DNA from: Camelus dromedarius | Lineage: Eukaryota | Reading direction: 5' to 3' | Assembly (NCBI RefSeq): GCF_036321535.1 | Contig: NC_087436.1 | Span: 15,500,001-15,564,000 of the forward strand | DNA: 64,000 bases | Shown here: piece by piece, positions 12,504 to 26,448 of the stretch | Layout: each line of letters begins with the position of its first letter | How positions within the stretch are numbered: position 1 is the stretch's first letter | Position numbers and translations under genes: made by a program | Notes under the pieces: model-generated | Told to the model about the DNA's origin: nothing | Database searches by the model: none | The model's input: only the letters and a program-made list of their open reading frames with translations

Positions 12504-13719
12504 AACTGTGCAACAGAGCAGGGAATAGAATGGCCACCAGATGAAGTTAAAGGGATGGAGTACATACGCTCCCACGATCAGCAGTCAGCAAGACTTGTCT
12601 TTTCTAGACTTTGCAATTTCAGAAACCAGTGAAACTACATATAGACATACACAACCAATTCAACTCCAATTTTTATTTTTCCATGTAAAGATCATTCATT
12701 TCATGCCATTACTACTACTAGGTGTTACCATCATCACTTAATTTTTTTAAAAGAACATTTTAATGCCAAAAAAAAAAAATAGGAAGGACTTGATCTTAGA
12801 ATTTTCTAAAGCCCTTGTAAACTACACAGGTTAGAAAATAAACTTACATTGTTAATTTTTCCAATTTAGTAGGTGTTGCTTTAGCTGTGATGTGTGATTC
12901 CTCCCCTAACCCCCAATTGCATTATTCCATCAGTCCCTCCCCTCAAAAAGGTTATCATAAAGTAGGGAAAGCAGTAAATATGCAAATGGAACACTTAAGA
13001 ATACATTTAGGAGCCTAAAAACATGACACAGATGGCTTCACATAAGTAAGGGTGGAAAAGCCTCTCTAGTCGATTAAGGAAGACAGATTTGGATGAATGA
13101 GGATGCAGGAAGCCCGACCGCATAATGAACACAGCACAGTGTGAACAGAGGGACATTAAAGCAGGAACAGGAATGCTTTAGGAGACGTGAAGGGAGAGGC
13201 CTCAGCTGAGGAGAGATCTGATGAGGGGCGGAACTGGAAAGTTCTGGGGGGTTTCACTGGATGCCAGGCTGCAGAGCTGGGACTCCGTTTAGAAGCAACA
13301 AGGACTTTCCAATGGAACTAGCATGACAAAGAAAGTTTGCTAACCCAGCAATACTAACGCAGCAGAAGCTACAATTTTAGCAATAATTTTTGGTGACTTT
13401 AGTAATTTCCTGGGCAGTTAAGCAGTTACCTCTAATTCTGGCTCAAAACGTTCTGTTTGAGAAGATTCAGGCCCACCCACCTTGTATGAAAATATTCTGT
13501 CCCTGTTTCTGCACCTAGAGCCTTGGGGGCAGGGACTGTCTTAATGTCCCTGAAAATCATTCAATCTGCTCTGTCTCAGGTATGGTTGCCAACTCCGCTA
13601 GGATTTTGCTCTTGGTAACATGAAAGGATTCATTGGTAGAAATAAAACCATGAAAGGGAGCTGTTTAGAAGAGAATCAGAAGTGATCAATTAATAGAAAT
13701 GTCCACTAGGCAATTGAAG

Positions 13720-13925
13720 ATTCATTTATTCAACAATGTTTATTGAATCCCTACCTGGCTACCTACTTCGTGCTGGATACTTGAACAAAAAAAGATGAAG
13801 ATGTCTTAGCCATACAATGGCAATAATAAAAATAGCAAACACTTAACAGGGCACTTGACTCTCTTCTAAATCCTCGTCATGAATAATAAACTCATTTAAT
13901 CCTCACAACAAGCCTTTGATGCAGA
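13720..13925 (-). mobile_element. Adjacent L2 3' end and MIR fragments
   Basis: ttcatttattcaacaatgtttattga (L2 tail) and ctcatttaatcctcacaaca (MIR). Confidence 0.6.
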
Positions 13926-16900
13926 TTCCAGAGTGAGTGGTTTTAATGCCGCACCACCCCCTCAGTGACTCATGCACACTCTCATAGAGCATAATCTTCA
14001 TCGCTAATTAGGAAACTTAGATCTAGAGTTTTCATTTGGGCCTAGCTGAATTAGATCATATGTGTATGTCAAAAATGCAACCATGTAAGCTTCATTTGAA
14101 GGAAACATGTTTTAGAAGTAAAGAAAATTTGAAACTATATAATAAAATCAGTATTATGCTGAATAATTGGTATTTAATTAATTCAATAAAGGGTCCTTAA
14201 GGGTATGTTTTCAACTACATACTACTTCAAAGACACCCTTTCAAGACCCTAAGCAAAGTTTTTAAAAAATGAAATTCTGGGTAAGGTAGGGGTTTTGGGT
14301 TTTGTTTTGTTTTTTTCACTTGAACAAACTTTATGCTTTGTTTCCCCACCAGAGATGGGAAAAGGAGAGAGAAATACAATGAAAAAAAGTTCTTTCTCTG
14401 GTTAGTATTTTTATAAGCATCTGATATTTAAAGTTGTAGATTAGATTTATGAAAGATTAGAATTACGACTCTTACTAATAACATATGGTAACGTGATAGC
14501 AGATAAAATATAGTGAATTTTTTAATTTTTATAAAACAAAGGTTCTCTTTCTCAACACACCAAATATAGATTTTGTAAATTTAATTATAAAATAAAGTGT
14601 TACCATGTATCTCAATTTGATGATCTTTTGCTTTCAGTTAACTTGGTTCACTTTTATTTCAGTGGACTTTTCCATTAAAGAGTTTTGACTGTATGTCACA
14701 TACTATTACAGTTCATTCCATAGATCTGTCCACATTCTTTCATTGTACTGGAATTTAATCATACAGAATAAAAGCTGAATACATGGACCATTGGCTACAG
14801 CTCACAACTATTTTAGAGCTGATGTAATCTGCATTACACGGTAGGTGTGTCTGCATGACTTGTATGCCTAGATCTCAAAGCGACTTCTAAACCTTCACTG
14901 ATTAAACTGTCCCTCTTCCAACAAACTCCTTACCTTTTTTCTATGACAGAAGAGAATTGACCTTTCTGACTGGAGCAAAATAAGGAGACACCAGGCTCCC
15001 AGCTTTGATACAGCAGTGTATTCAGACAAGACACAAAGAGGGAAGTAGCGTAGGTTGGCTCCTACATTCGACATTCTTTTCTCACCCTAAGGAGCACCCT
15101 GTTTCATGGTGCAGGATTTTCAAACATACAACCTTCTGATCCTCAGCATGTTCAAAACCTCCACTGGCACACTGTGTGTTTCTTTCTCCTAGCCCTCATC
15201 ACTGCAGACAGCCCAACATGGAGCTATTTTTGAGGGACCTCATAATACTTAATTCAGCTATTATTTGACTGCCAAATGGGTACAAGACACTGTAACAGCC
15301 CCATAAGGAATATAAACAAAAATAGAATCCGTGTCTTCAAATAGCTTTTAAAGCTAGTAGAATTAGATAAGTGTACCAATCCCTGTAGCCACAAGGGAGA
15401 ATGAGAGCCAGAATTGAGGTGTTGTAGACATTGAAGGGGGAGGAGGAAAAGAGAGGAGGAGGACGGAGACTCAAAGCTTCGCTGCAGCCATGTGGAGAGA
15501 AACATGACCTCTCTCTACAGTCCTGTAGAGAGAAACATGATCTGTTATAAGATGCGGTGTCCCTGGGGTAAAAATAAACCAGTGGCTCAGAGAAAGAACA
15601 ACTATTTTTGTTCAGAAAAGCAATTCAACTTATGGTTCCTGAGAGGAGATTCTGTTCAATGTAATGAAAATCCTAAGGATTTTTATTTTACAATAAACAG
15701 TGGTTAAGTTTTGAGGAGGGCTGAGAAGCTCTAATGAAAACCATGAAATGTAACACGAAAATGATGCAGAAGAACAGGCCTCAGCTCAATCGTGACTGCA
15801 AACTCCACACCTGCAGCATTCAGAGACAAGACCCTGGAGCATGACTGACACACTGAGAATAACTATTTCTCGGGGAGGGGGAATGAGATGGGATTCAAAT
15901 AAGCAAACGCCACTGTGTTATTTAACTGAATTCATTTATCCTCACACAGACTGAATCACAAAGATATTCTGATGTCAACATTTGACACTTCATTTAAATA
16001 GAAAGTAGGTCATCAGTCTGAAACAGACAAAAGTGACTTTTATCTAAGAATTACTATTTTTAAAACAAAGTTCCTAAAAACATCTGATATTCATTTAACT
16101 CTACAAAGTTTTCTGTACCACTTAAATGTATATCAGCATAGGTTCACAGTCTTCCCACTTTATAAGAACTGACAGGGCTGTCTGAGGGATGGGTGATACT
16201 TTGTTAAGTTTAAAACTGGGGGAGAAATTTCTACTGGAGGCTACATAAGGCAAATTCAAAAAGCACGGCTATCCCTTTAATTATTTCACTACTTTAATTG
16301 AAAAGATTTCTGTTTTAAGGAGTCCAGTTTTTCATCTGGTCACTGAAAACAAAAATTTCTTCTACAAGATAAAGTGTTTTTTTAACTTTTAAAGATCTTT
16401 TTTTAGACAGAATCTAAGAATGATTGGTCGTAAGAGGTCAATTCATTTTACCCAACCAGTGATCTGCTCATTGCTCAGCACTGAACAATACACAGTCCTC
16501 TGAGGCAGGGTTTGCACACATTGATTGAAAATAAAAGCATGACTAGATCATGTTAGCTCAAGTTCAGTGATGAGTCCCAGCCCATTAATAATAGCAACTC
16601 CAAGTCTCCAAATGGACCATTAAAATCTATGAATGACCAACAACAACAACAAAAAAATTCCAATTCTTATTGCAAAGATTCATATATGTGGAAATGAATA
16701 ACTCATCAGAGGCAGAGTGGACTCAGTCAGTGTGCAAATATTTACTCATGAACTTGGCTCTTGCTGTTGCAACATTTTTCATTTAGTTTTACAGTCTATG
16801 ATTATATGTACCATTGCCTAAAAACTATCAATGAAGACCAAGTTCACAGAGAACAAAGAACATATAAATTTAAAATATGATGGGTCCTTGTATTTATGTA

Positions 16901-16954
16901 CTGATATATAACATTCTAAGTGTATCTTGTTCATACAGTGAACAGTGTAGGGGC

Positions 16955-17420
16955 ATTATTTATTTAGCCCTCATCTAATTCTACAAAAAACCTGAGATGG
17001 CTTATGAGAAATGCACATATTAAAGAAGGAAATTAAAAATCATGACCAACGAGTACTCAGCTCAGTAGCATTTACACTAAAATTGGAATGACACAGAGAT
17101 TAGCATGGCCCCTGCACTAGGATGACATGCCAATTCATGAACAATTACATATTTTTTAAAACATCATGACCAAGGAAAGTATGAATTAGAGACGAAAACG
17201 AAGACTGTGGCTGACATAAGAGATATTAGAATAGAACTCAAATACGGAGACTCATTTGAGTCCTACACAGTTACTACAGTTAAGCAGAGAATTTGAGTCT
17301 GTGCTTCCTAACAGCCAAGGTGAAAACGTAAATATCATTAGGTATACGGTTTCCTCTGAGGACCAAACATTTGCACCTCTCCAGGGAAGCAAAGCTGTTT
17401 CCTATCATTTACTGTGAAAG
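16955..17420 (-). mobile_element. Possible L4 (RTE-X) remnant hosting the U6 retrocopy
   Basis: ttctacaaaaaacctgagatggctta and cttcctaacagccaagg resemble the L4 3' region as I recall it. Confidence 0.3.
17053..17157 (+). pseudogene. RNU6: U6 snRNA retropseudogene, full length
   Basis: gtactcagctcagtagcatttacactaaaattggaatgacacagagattagcatggcccctgcactaggatgacatgccaattcatgaacaattacatattttt aligns end to end with U6. It has CpG decay, a 3-nt loss after ACAGAGA, and TSD atcatgaccaa(c/g)ga at 17039-17052 and 17163-17176. Confidence 0.95.
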
Positions 17421-17839
17421 AACTGCTCTAGGAGATATAATCACATCACAAGATGTGATGGAAAATTTTCCCAATAGTACTCCAAAAGCAAATAAAGTCA
17501 AAAACTGTTTTTTCTTAGGTTGTCCCAAATTAAAACTGAATTCTACAATGGAGTCAAGATAACATGGCCCAGGAGCCCATTTTTCAAGCAACATAGGGGA
17601 CTGAGCTCAGAGTAAAGGGCTGGAAGTCCAACAGTGTATTGTTTGATCAAGAGATTATTAGCACTAAAGTGCAAAAACAAAAAATTCAAATAAATAGCCA
17701 AAATTATGATGTTTCTAAGTTTCCATCCTCATTTCTGTCTCCACTAGGGCAAGGATCAAACCTTACGTCACTCTGCAATCTAACATAGCCATCTCTCCAT
17801 ACACAGTCCAATCTTAATTCCCTGCAGAATGGGTCTTTT

Positions 17840-17997
17840 CTTATGTATTTACCGTCTGTCTCTCTTCCGCTAGAATGCACGCTCACTGAAAACACAGACT
17901 TTGCTTGCTCTGTTCTCAACTATCCTCCCAGCATCTAGAACAGTGCCTGGCACATAGTGGTGATCAGAAGTTTAGGATGAAGATAAACAGATGAATG
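17840..17997 (+). mobile_element. L2 3' end
   Basis: ctagaatg...cccagcatctagaacagtgcctggcacatagt...gatgaatga. Confidence 0.8.
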
Positions 17998-17998
17998 A

Positions 17999-18136
17999 GG
18001 GGGAGGGTATAGCTCAAATGGTAAAGTACATGCTTAGCATGCAGGAGGCCCTGGGTTCAATCCCTAGTACCTCCTCTAAAAATAAATAGATACATAAATA
18101 AACCTAATTATATCCCTACACCCCCCAAAATAAACA
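17999..18136 (+). mobile_element. Vic-1-type tRNA-Ala SINE inserted in the L2 tail
   Basis: gggggagggtatagctcaaatggta...gcttagcatgcaggaggccctgggttcaatccctagtacctcc; TSD ataaacagatgaa at 17983-17995 and 18137-18149. Confidence 0.9.
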
Positions 18137-18446
18137 ATAAACAGATGAACAATCCTCAAGGTCTAGCCCAGGCTTGACACACCACAGTGCCAAAAAATCT
18201 GCAGAATGAATGAATTCTGGCTTGTAGAAAATTATTTTCATACATATTTTACAAGCTCTGACGACTGGAGATCCTGATATCCTACTCTGGCACCCAGCGT
18301 ACTGTTTCACACATAAGAGGGCCTTGGTAAATTTCTATCAAACCGAATTGGTGGTTCAGTAAGTTAATAAATGACTTGAGCTTTTATCTCCTAAATCTCA
18401 GTTTGTCTCAGCTTATCAAAAAGAGGAAACTGTACATTTCTTGCGA

Positions 18447-18568
18447 CACGTGACGCCTCCCTCCGTCCAGGGAAAGGCAGAACTGTGGAGGAGGGATGAG
18501 CAGGAGCCGTCTGGGTCCAGGTCCAGCTCCCGCACTCATCACCCACGTGACTCTGCGTGCCACGTGAC
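18447..18568. promoter_or_regulatory. Candidate intronic enhancer with three CACGTGAC E-boxes
   Basis: CACGTGAC at 18447, 18544 and 18561 in a locally CpG-retaining, apparently non-repeat segment. Confidence 0.5.
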
Positions 18569-20894
18569 CTCTGCTCACCGCAGTTGCCTCCTCCATAAAG
18601 ACTGCGAAGACCTCTCACGCACAGTAGCCTGTTTACTTCACAACTAAGTGAAAAGCCATTCCAAATCCTTTATTACCCCTTCTTTACCAGTTTCTAACTC
18701 ATGTTAGAATATTTTAATATACGCTGCCTGAACCTGAGTGGGTCGTTATTTTGAACAGTAGAGGATTATGTTTACAAGGTATTAATTTTCCATTAACTTT
18801 TCAAGACCTTACAACAAGCACTTCAGTGCTCACCCAGAGGGCGCAGTTGACTTGAGCGCATTACTGCCATCATTCTTGAGACTTCCCAGGGCCCAGCTAC
18901 ACAATATCCCACCACCTTACACAGAACAGTAATTCTCTTGCCCACACAGGAAACAGCACAATGATCAGTGATGAATACAAGAACTGTACGCATTAAATAT
19001 ATTACATAATAACATGACCCCAGCTTAAGATTGGATGATTTAGTAAAAAATAAATAAATAAGTAACAATAATACTAAAGGGCTTAATGCTAATGTGAGTG
19101 CATCTACATCAAAATGCATTTGACAGTATTCAAATCCCTCTGGGGACAATTTTGTTGGGAAGTAGGGAGTGGCTGGCCAGGACTCACACAGATGAGTGTC
19201 AGTGGTCACGTATGAGGTTGGGACTCGGTCACAGACAGGATTCACTGAGATTCACACAGACAGAAAACACGATGACTCTTCTGCACAAACATTAAAAGGT
19301 CTTTTTCTAAGAGACTTATTTAACAAAAAGTGGTAACCTGCCAAAGAAGGTATTGAGCATAGAACCACTCTTTACAAGACCAAATTCAAAAGATTGTTCT
19401 CTCATGAATCTCGGTATTATTGTTAGGCACAGAAAATATTTGCAGAAGGAAGTACAAAAATATATTTGCAAAAAATATATACATATATTTGTATAAGCAA
19501 ATACTGCCAACACTAAAGCAATATGAAAATGTAGGCCTTTACTGGCAAGTAGTAAACGAAACAAAAAGCAAATGAAAGCCAAATCTCTGTTGCTCAGGTG
19601 AAAACAAGAACACTTGAGAACAAAAAGTCAATAGAACTTTTGCTCCTGGCCGCATAGCTAAGGCTTGCCACCAGAATGTTAGCCTGCAGTGCCGTCTTCT
19701 ATTCCGAAAGCACCCACACCACGTTGAGTTGTGTGCACTTCCCCAAAGGTGAACGAAGGAAAAGCACAGTCCTAATGGTGACCTGAATGGATCTGTGACA
19801 AATGTTCTGCTTGAAGATAATCTTCAAGAGCTGCAGTTACCAGTTCAGTATATCCAAAAGCATTCTCATAGATTTAAAGCTGCAGATGTATGTGTGTTAT
19901 TTTAAATTCAGTTACTCCCCCTTAAAGTCAATGCTGATTTAAAGTGTTAGAAAGAGGGAGTACACAAAGCAACTTTCTTCCAAAATCAGGAGGTAAAGGG
20001 GCAATACCTAGCACAAAAGAGATTAAGTGGTAGTGGCCAAAAAAAAAAAAAAAAATCAATAAAAGTAACGAATAAATCATCCTGAATAGTAGAATGTGGC
20101 AAGAATCCCTGATACTTTTCGGTGGAATAATGTGGTCCCAGTTCTGTGATCTTTCACGCTAACAGGGGCTTTTTCTAAACACAGAATTCAACATCTAAGG
20201 AATTTAAAACACTTTATAATAGTTAATTCATTTCCCTATTACATTCCTTCCTGGTTAAAAAAAACAAATTCTGCAAGATGTATTTTGCCCATGGAGGATG
20301 GAAAGCACCAAGATGAAGTGAATGACTTAAGAGAGTAAAATGCCTCCCTCTGCCTCGTTGCCAGAAGCACAACTGAGACATCCTTAAAGCGTGAAGAGCG
20401 ACTTCGTGAAAGATCCGAACAGAAACAGCACAGCGCGCATGTCCACGGAAGTAGTAGCCCCTTCAAAGCTGACACGCTCATTACAAAAACGCCCGCCAAT
20501 GCTCAAAACGTTTTAGGAACAACTCTTTTAAGGCTGCCATCACCTATTTAACATTCTTTTGAAATTTTCAACTGTGACAAATTTGGTTCTTTGAAAGTGG
20601 AATTTGATATCTGTGAGTCGGAAATACATTTAGAAAATAAAGGGAATCATCAAGCTGGATATTATTTTTAATCAAAAAGACAAGTGCTTTTCTTACGTGG
20701 CTCGTAAACTACTTCCAAAGACCACTCTTTAAAACTGTTCCAAACTCCCCTTCTAACAACAGCAGCTACAGATTAAGGAGCCAGCCTCCGAAGATGACCT
20801 CTTGCAAGGGCACATTTCACTCTTCCTGATGTCTCTGGTATTGGCACTGTGTGTGCACTTAATTAGGTAACAGCTACATCGATTCCATTTTCTC

Positions 20895-22390
20895 TAGTTA
20901 TTCATTCATTCAGCAAATATTTATGGGACACCTAATACGTGCTAAGTACTGTGCTAAGTCTGGGGAGATAATGGTGAGCGAAAACAGGTCCACCACCTGC
21001 GCTCATAAAGATGGTTTACAGAACCACATAAATTATAGCCAATAAGTCAGCTCAATGGGGGAAAAAAAAAAGATGCATGGTGATTCAAAGGCCTATTAAA
21101 AATGATTAAAGAATACAATTTAGATGGCACAAATAAACTTTAACAATTCATGAAGTGGACAGTCTCCTTTCGGCAAAATGGGACAGAAGGCAGGAAACTT
21201 TTACGGGATGAAGAATAAAGAACAAAGAAGAGAAAAGTAGAAAATAAATGATTGGCTGGGGCCACACAGTCAACCCCGTCTGGGGTGAGAAGACCCAGAG
21301 CCGACTTGGTGTCTGCAGACTGGCGACTAGGTATACTTAGCACGCTTCTGGTCAAGCGGACCAGGGACACCAAAATCATCCAAGTGTCAGTTTGCTGATA
21401 TGACACCCTGAACAGGTATGGCTCCATCTTGGGCCTAGAAAGTTATGTCAACAAGCCTATAAAAGAGAGACCCAACTAGTGTAAAAAGGCTTCCCTGAGG
21501 AAATGTGGTTTTAGCTGAAGATAAATAGGAGTTAACAAATTACGCAAAGGGGATTATGTGGGGAGAGGTACAGGGATGGTGGGGTGGAGGAGAATGGTGT
21601 TCCAAGTAGAGTGAACAGCATGTGCAAAGGCTCTGTGGCTTTTTTAAAGACTATGGGGGCACATGAAGAGATGAAAGAAAGCCTGTGGTGCTGAAGTACT
21701 GAGAGCCGGTGAGAGAAGGGTCAGAGGTGAGGCTGGCAAGGTGGTGGGCTAGAGTCCACAGCGCCTGGCACATATTAAGGATCTTTACTTACCTTAAGAA
21801 CAATGGACACTAGGAATTCATCTACAAAACAGAAACAGACTTGCAGACTTAGTAAATAATCTTATGGAAAGGGGGTGGGAAGGGACAAATTTGGGAGTTT
21901 GAGATTTACAAATGTTAGCCACTATATTTAAAAATAGATTTTAAAAAAGTTTCTTCTGTATAGCACAGGGAACTATGTTCAGTATCTTGTAACAACCTCT
22001 AGTGGAAAAAAATATGTAAACGAATATATGCATGCATATGCATGACTGGGATATTGTGTTGTACACCAGAGATTGACACATCGTAACTGACTGTACTTCA
22101 ATAAAAAATAAATAAAAAATTTTTTTAAAAAAGAGTGATGGGAAGCCTCAAATGGATTTTCAAATGGAAGGGAGGAAGAAGAAGGAAAATGACACCATGA
22201 AATCGATACTGTTTAAATATCACTAAGACTGGAGCAAAGAACCCACTGGAGAGAGTGGACAGAGTAGGAGGAAGACCAGTTAAGAAGCTACTGTAAGGAT
22301 CTAGAAGAGAGGGTGGAGCTAATACAGATGAGGGAAAACAAACGGATTTGAGAGACATGAAGGATGTAAAATCAGTAAAGGTTTGGATGG
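20895..22390 (-). mobile_element. L2 remnant in several pieces, interrupted by L1
   Basis: ttcattcattcagcaaatatttat, ggcttccctgagg, aacagcatgtgcaaaggc, ggatttgagagaca. Confidence 0.7.
21815..22118 (+). mobile_element. Cetartiodactyl-type L1 3' UTR fragment
   Basis: tacaaaacagaaacagactt ... ctgtatagcacagggaactat ... gactgtacttcaataaaaaa. Confidence 0.85.
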
Positions 22391-24510
22391 TATTTTGTAT
22401 TTGTTATTCACTCAAAGACAATGCTTTGTTTTTGCATAATGATTCCTTTTTTGTTAATTATTTGCAAACCAAAAAAAAATCATGCAAACCTTAGAGTTCT
22501 TTTTCAATCAGATTTCTGCATCATGGTTTATCTTCTTTAAGATAAAGAAGAAAAAGTAGCAAAGAGGAAAACAAAACTTAAGAAGTATCTCATTTTATGT
22601 AAAGATGTGTGTTCTTGAAAAATTAAAGTATACCTGGGTAATAAAAGAACCTATATCTTAAAGACGATTACTGAGTAAATAGTTCTTCTGTGCACAAAAA
22701 CATACACTAAAAAATGCAGAACAGATTATCATAATACTATATCAAGTGAAATGTAAGCCATTATCTCAATTATTTCTATACATCCTTTCTCCTTTATTAC
22801 AGAGTACATAAATCAGGTGATTTTGCAACTCTAAAAGGAGGCAATGGCTGAGAGATTTAATAATCACCATCAAGTTTTATAATAAGCCATTTAGTAAGCA
22901 ACTAGAATGCCCAAGAGGCTTGCAAGGATTTAAATCTATTCCTTCACCAATGACTTCATCCACATAGAAAAGTTATTTTTAAATCTACATTGCTATGATA
23001 CACCACCTCTAGTCCACACCTGCCAAGAAATACATCTTTCCGGTAGGCCTGGGTTTCCATGTCATAGCAATATAATAATAAGTTCAAAATGCCGTCAGCC
23101 TTATAAACTATATGAACGCATATACCACAAAAAGTTGAATTTTGTAGTGAATTGGCCACATGTTCCTATGTGTGATGTATACAGGCCAACTGGTACCACA
23201 CTCAGAACAAACATACAGGAGGGAACCGGGTTTCAGTAGTCTCATATATCAGCAAACAACACATACAAAATTCTAATTCCATGAGCAGAAAAAAGATGGC
23301 CTAATTTTGAGATTTTACAACTAGAGTTTATACCACCCCTTCAAAATACAGCTTTTAACTTGAAAAGAAACAAATTCAGTATGAAAGTCACTGAGGAAAG
23401 AATACAAAACCATGGCATGTTAACAAACTGGCTTCTAAAGACTAAATTCACATTTAAACATGCTGCTTTGGGCAACTTAAGTCACAACCCAGGCATTATT
23501 TGATCGGAGACTCTGCATATGAATTTCTGCTTCCTTCCTTAAGAAAAGTCACTACGGAACTAAAATACACGTGACATAACTTGAATAGCCTAAAACAGTG
23601 TCGACAGTCATTATCCTTTGTAACATACACACCTAAGCCGGAACTGGGTATATGATAGTACTTTAAGAAATATACTTGTATACACAAGCCACAACAGCTC
23701 TTTGAGAAATGCCTTGTGTGTTTATTTTGAAATGTATGCCTTGAAATCGTCCCAGCACAGGGGTGAGGAAGAGAAATCATGAAAATCTCATTATTTTTCA
23801 CTTTAAAGGAAAAACAGAATAAAACAGATTAGAATTCGTAATTAAAATCTCAAGCCTTATAACATTAAAAAGAGTAATTCACAGAAAAAATATTCATTAC
23901 TACTGAACTACTCCACGGAGGATACTCTATGTGCCAAGTTGCAGCTCACTTGGACATTTTATGATCACAGTTAAACAGACCTGAAAGATGGGCCTTCCAG
24001 TAAAAATGTTGACCCTTTCATGATTCCATCTGCTTGACAAGGATGTTGTGTTAAGTTACTTGGCCCATGAGTTTCCAAAGATGACCAGGCCGCCTCCTGC
24101 ACTCACCAGTATTTTCATGAGGAAGGGAAAAGGGGGTTCTTATCTAAGCCTCAGGTCACCTTCCATCTTACAAGTTCTGAATTTCAAATGAAGGGACATT
24201 CACCTTTTTCTTTTTCTTGAGAAGTACAAAGTATGTCTGAAAAGGCAGTGAAAGCCTGATGGACTAACCAGAATGTTAGACATCTCATAACTAATTTTTA
24301 CGAACAGAAAAAATTGGAGGTTTATACTTACTAGGGGTTAATATGGGATATTCCAGATTCTGAGAGGAACTGATTACTAAGGCATTCTGGTTTACCTTTT
24401 TTGTTTGTTGTTTGTTTGTTTCCCCTTTTTATTCAGAAAGTTTCAACACATACAAAGTAGAGAGAGTAGTACATGAACAGGCCTGACTCGGCTCAAGAAT
24501 GGACAATGTA

Positions 24511-24779
24511 AAACTTGTGGTTGCCAGGGGCGGAGAGGGGTGGGAAGGGACAGAATGGGAGTTTGAAATTTGTAGATACTGACAGGTATATATAGAATAA
24601 ATAAACAAGTTTATACTGTATGGCACAGGGAAATATATACAGGATCCTGTGGTAGCTCAGGGTGAAAAAGAATGTGAAAATGAATATATGTATATTCACG
24701 TATGACTGAAAAATTGTGCTCTGCACCAGAAATTGACACAACATTGTAAACTGACTATAACTCAAAAAAAAAAAAAAAG
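24511..24779 (+). mobile_element. Young L1 3' UTR fragment with poly(A)
   Basis: aaacttgtggttgccagggg...gacacaacattgtaaactgactataactc(A)n; degenerate TSD aagaatggacaatgta / aagaatgaatgatgta. Confidence 0.9.
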
Positions 24780-24868
24780 AATGAATGATGTATAGCCACC
24801 CAGAATCTCCCATTCCCACTGTCTGCCTCTGCTGGATTGTTTTAAAGTAAATTTCACGTATCATATCT

Positions 24869-25311
24869 GAGATAAGCAGAAAAAGTGGCCCGTAAAGATA
24901 CATCACTTCCTAATCCCCAGAAACTGTGAATATTACTTTTACAGCAAAAAAAAAAAAAAAAAAAAACTGTGACTATAACTTCAGATCTTAAGGAAGAATT
25001 TATGTTGGATTATCCAGGTCAGCCCTAAACACAATCACATGTATCCTTATAGGAGAGAGGCAGAGGGGGATTAGACACAGACATCCCAAGAGAGGGCCTG
25101 TGAGATGGCGTGGAGAGATGCAGCCACAAGCCAAGGACAGCTTCCAGAACCTGGAAGAGGCAAGAATTCTCCCCTAGCATCTCTGAGGGAGCATGGCCTT
25201 GCCTACACCTTGATTTTAGACCTCTAGCCTCCAGAACTACTAGCAAATAAATATTTATTGTTTAATCCATCCAGTCTGTGGTAATTTGTTATAAGTCATA
25301 GAAAACATATA
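24869..25311 (+). mobile_element. MLT1D-like MaLR solo LTR
   Basis: cctaatccccagaaactgtgaata...ggattatccagg...cagccacaagccaagga...cctccagaact...tgtggtaatttgttat. Confidence 0.85.
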
Positions 25312-25731
25312 ATATTATATATAATTTGAAAAAAATTTCAGTATGTATCTTTAAATAAGGACTCTTTTTCAATAATAATCCATTATCATTCCTTTTTTTA
25401 AGTCCCTTAATTTGCCTCCTGTCCAGAGTTAAATTTCCTAAATTGTCTCATAATTTTATATTTATAGTTTACAACTTAGTTGATTTAGCCAAATCAAGAC
25501 CCAAACCTAGTTATGTCTCTTAAAAATAAAAGGAAGTTCCTTAATAAAAGGAAGTTCCTCTTCCTTTTTTGTTTTTCTTGCCATTATTAACTGAACAAAC
25601 TGAGTAATTTGTCCTATAGAAATTTCTACATTCTGGATTTGGCTGTCATCTCCAGGGTGTTGTTTAACATGGTCCTCTGTTTCCTGTGCTTCATATAAGC
25701 CAGTAGTTAGTCTTCATCAGAATCACATTCA

Positions 25732-26448
25732 ACTACTCCGCCATAAAAAAGTAATAAAATAATGCCATTTGCAGCAACATGGATGGACCTGGAGACTGTC
25801 ATTCTAAGTGAAGTAAGCCAGAAAGAGAAAGAAAAAATACCACATGATATCACTTATATGTGGAACCTAAAAAAAAAAAAAAAAAAAGACAAATGAACTT
25901 ATTTACAAAACAGAAATAGACTCACAGACATAGAAAACAAACTTACAGTTACCAGAGGGGAGAAGAGGGTGGGAAGGGATAAACTGGGAGTCTGAGATTT
26001 GCAGATACTAGCTAATATACATAAACTAGATAAACAAGTTTATACTGTATAGCACAGGGAATGATATTCAAGATCTTATAGTAACTTATATGAAAAATAA
26101 TATGGAAACGAATATATGCATGTTCATGTATGACTGAAGCACTGTGCTGTACACCAGAAACTGACACAACATTGTAAACTGACTATACTTCAATAAAAAT
26201 ATATTTTTAAAAAATTGTGATCTTATTCACATATTTAGTTTTTCTCTTGTTGATCTAATCTTTGGATTGGAAGTTGAAAATCAGGCACCTTTTATTTTGA
26301 AAATCATGGGGTTTCTCATTTATATTCCTGGTACTAACAATAGTGCTGTGATTTGCACTATGCTTCTACCCACATTGTTCTTTTCAGTACCTGCTAATGG
26401 CTACTAATAGAGTAATTGCTTAATAAAAAGAGATTAATTCAAAAAAAA
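25732..26448 (+). mobile_element. 5'-truncated L1 (25732 to about 26213) with about 230 bp of 3'-transduced sequence and a second poly(A)
   Basis: The L1 3' UTR ends with its own A-rich tail. Non-L1 sequence follows, then AATAAA (26422-26427) and A8. TSD-like agaatcacatt at 25719 and agaagcacatt at 26448. Confidence 0.75.
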
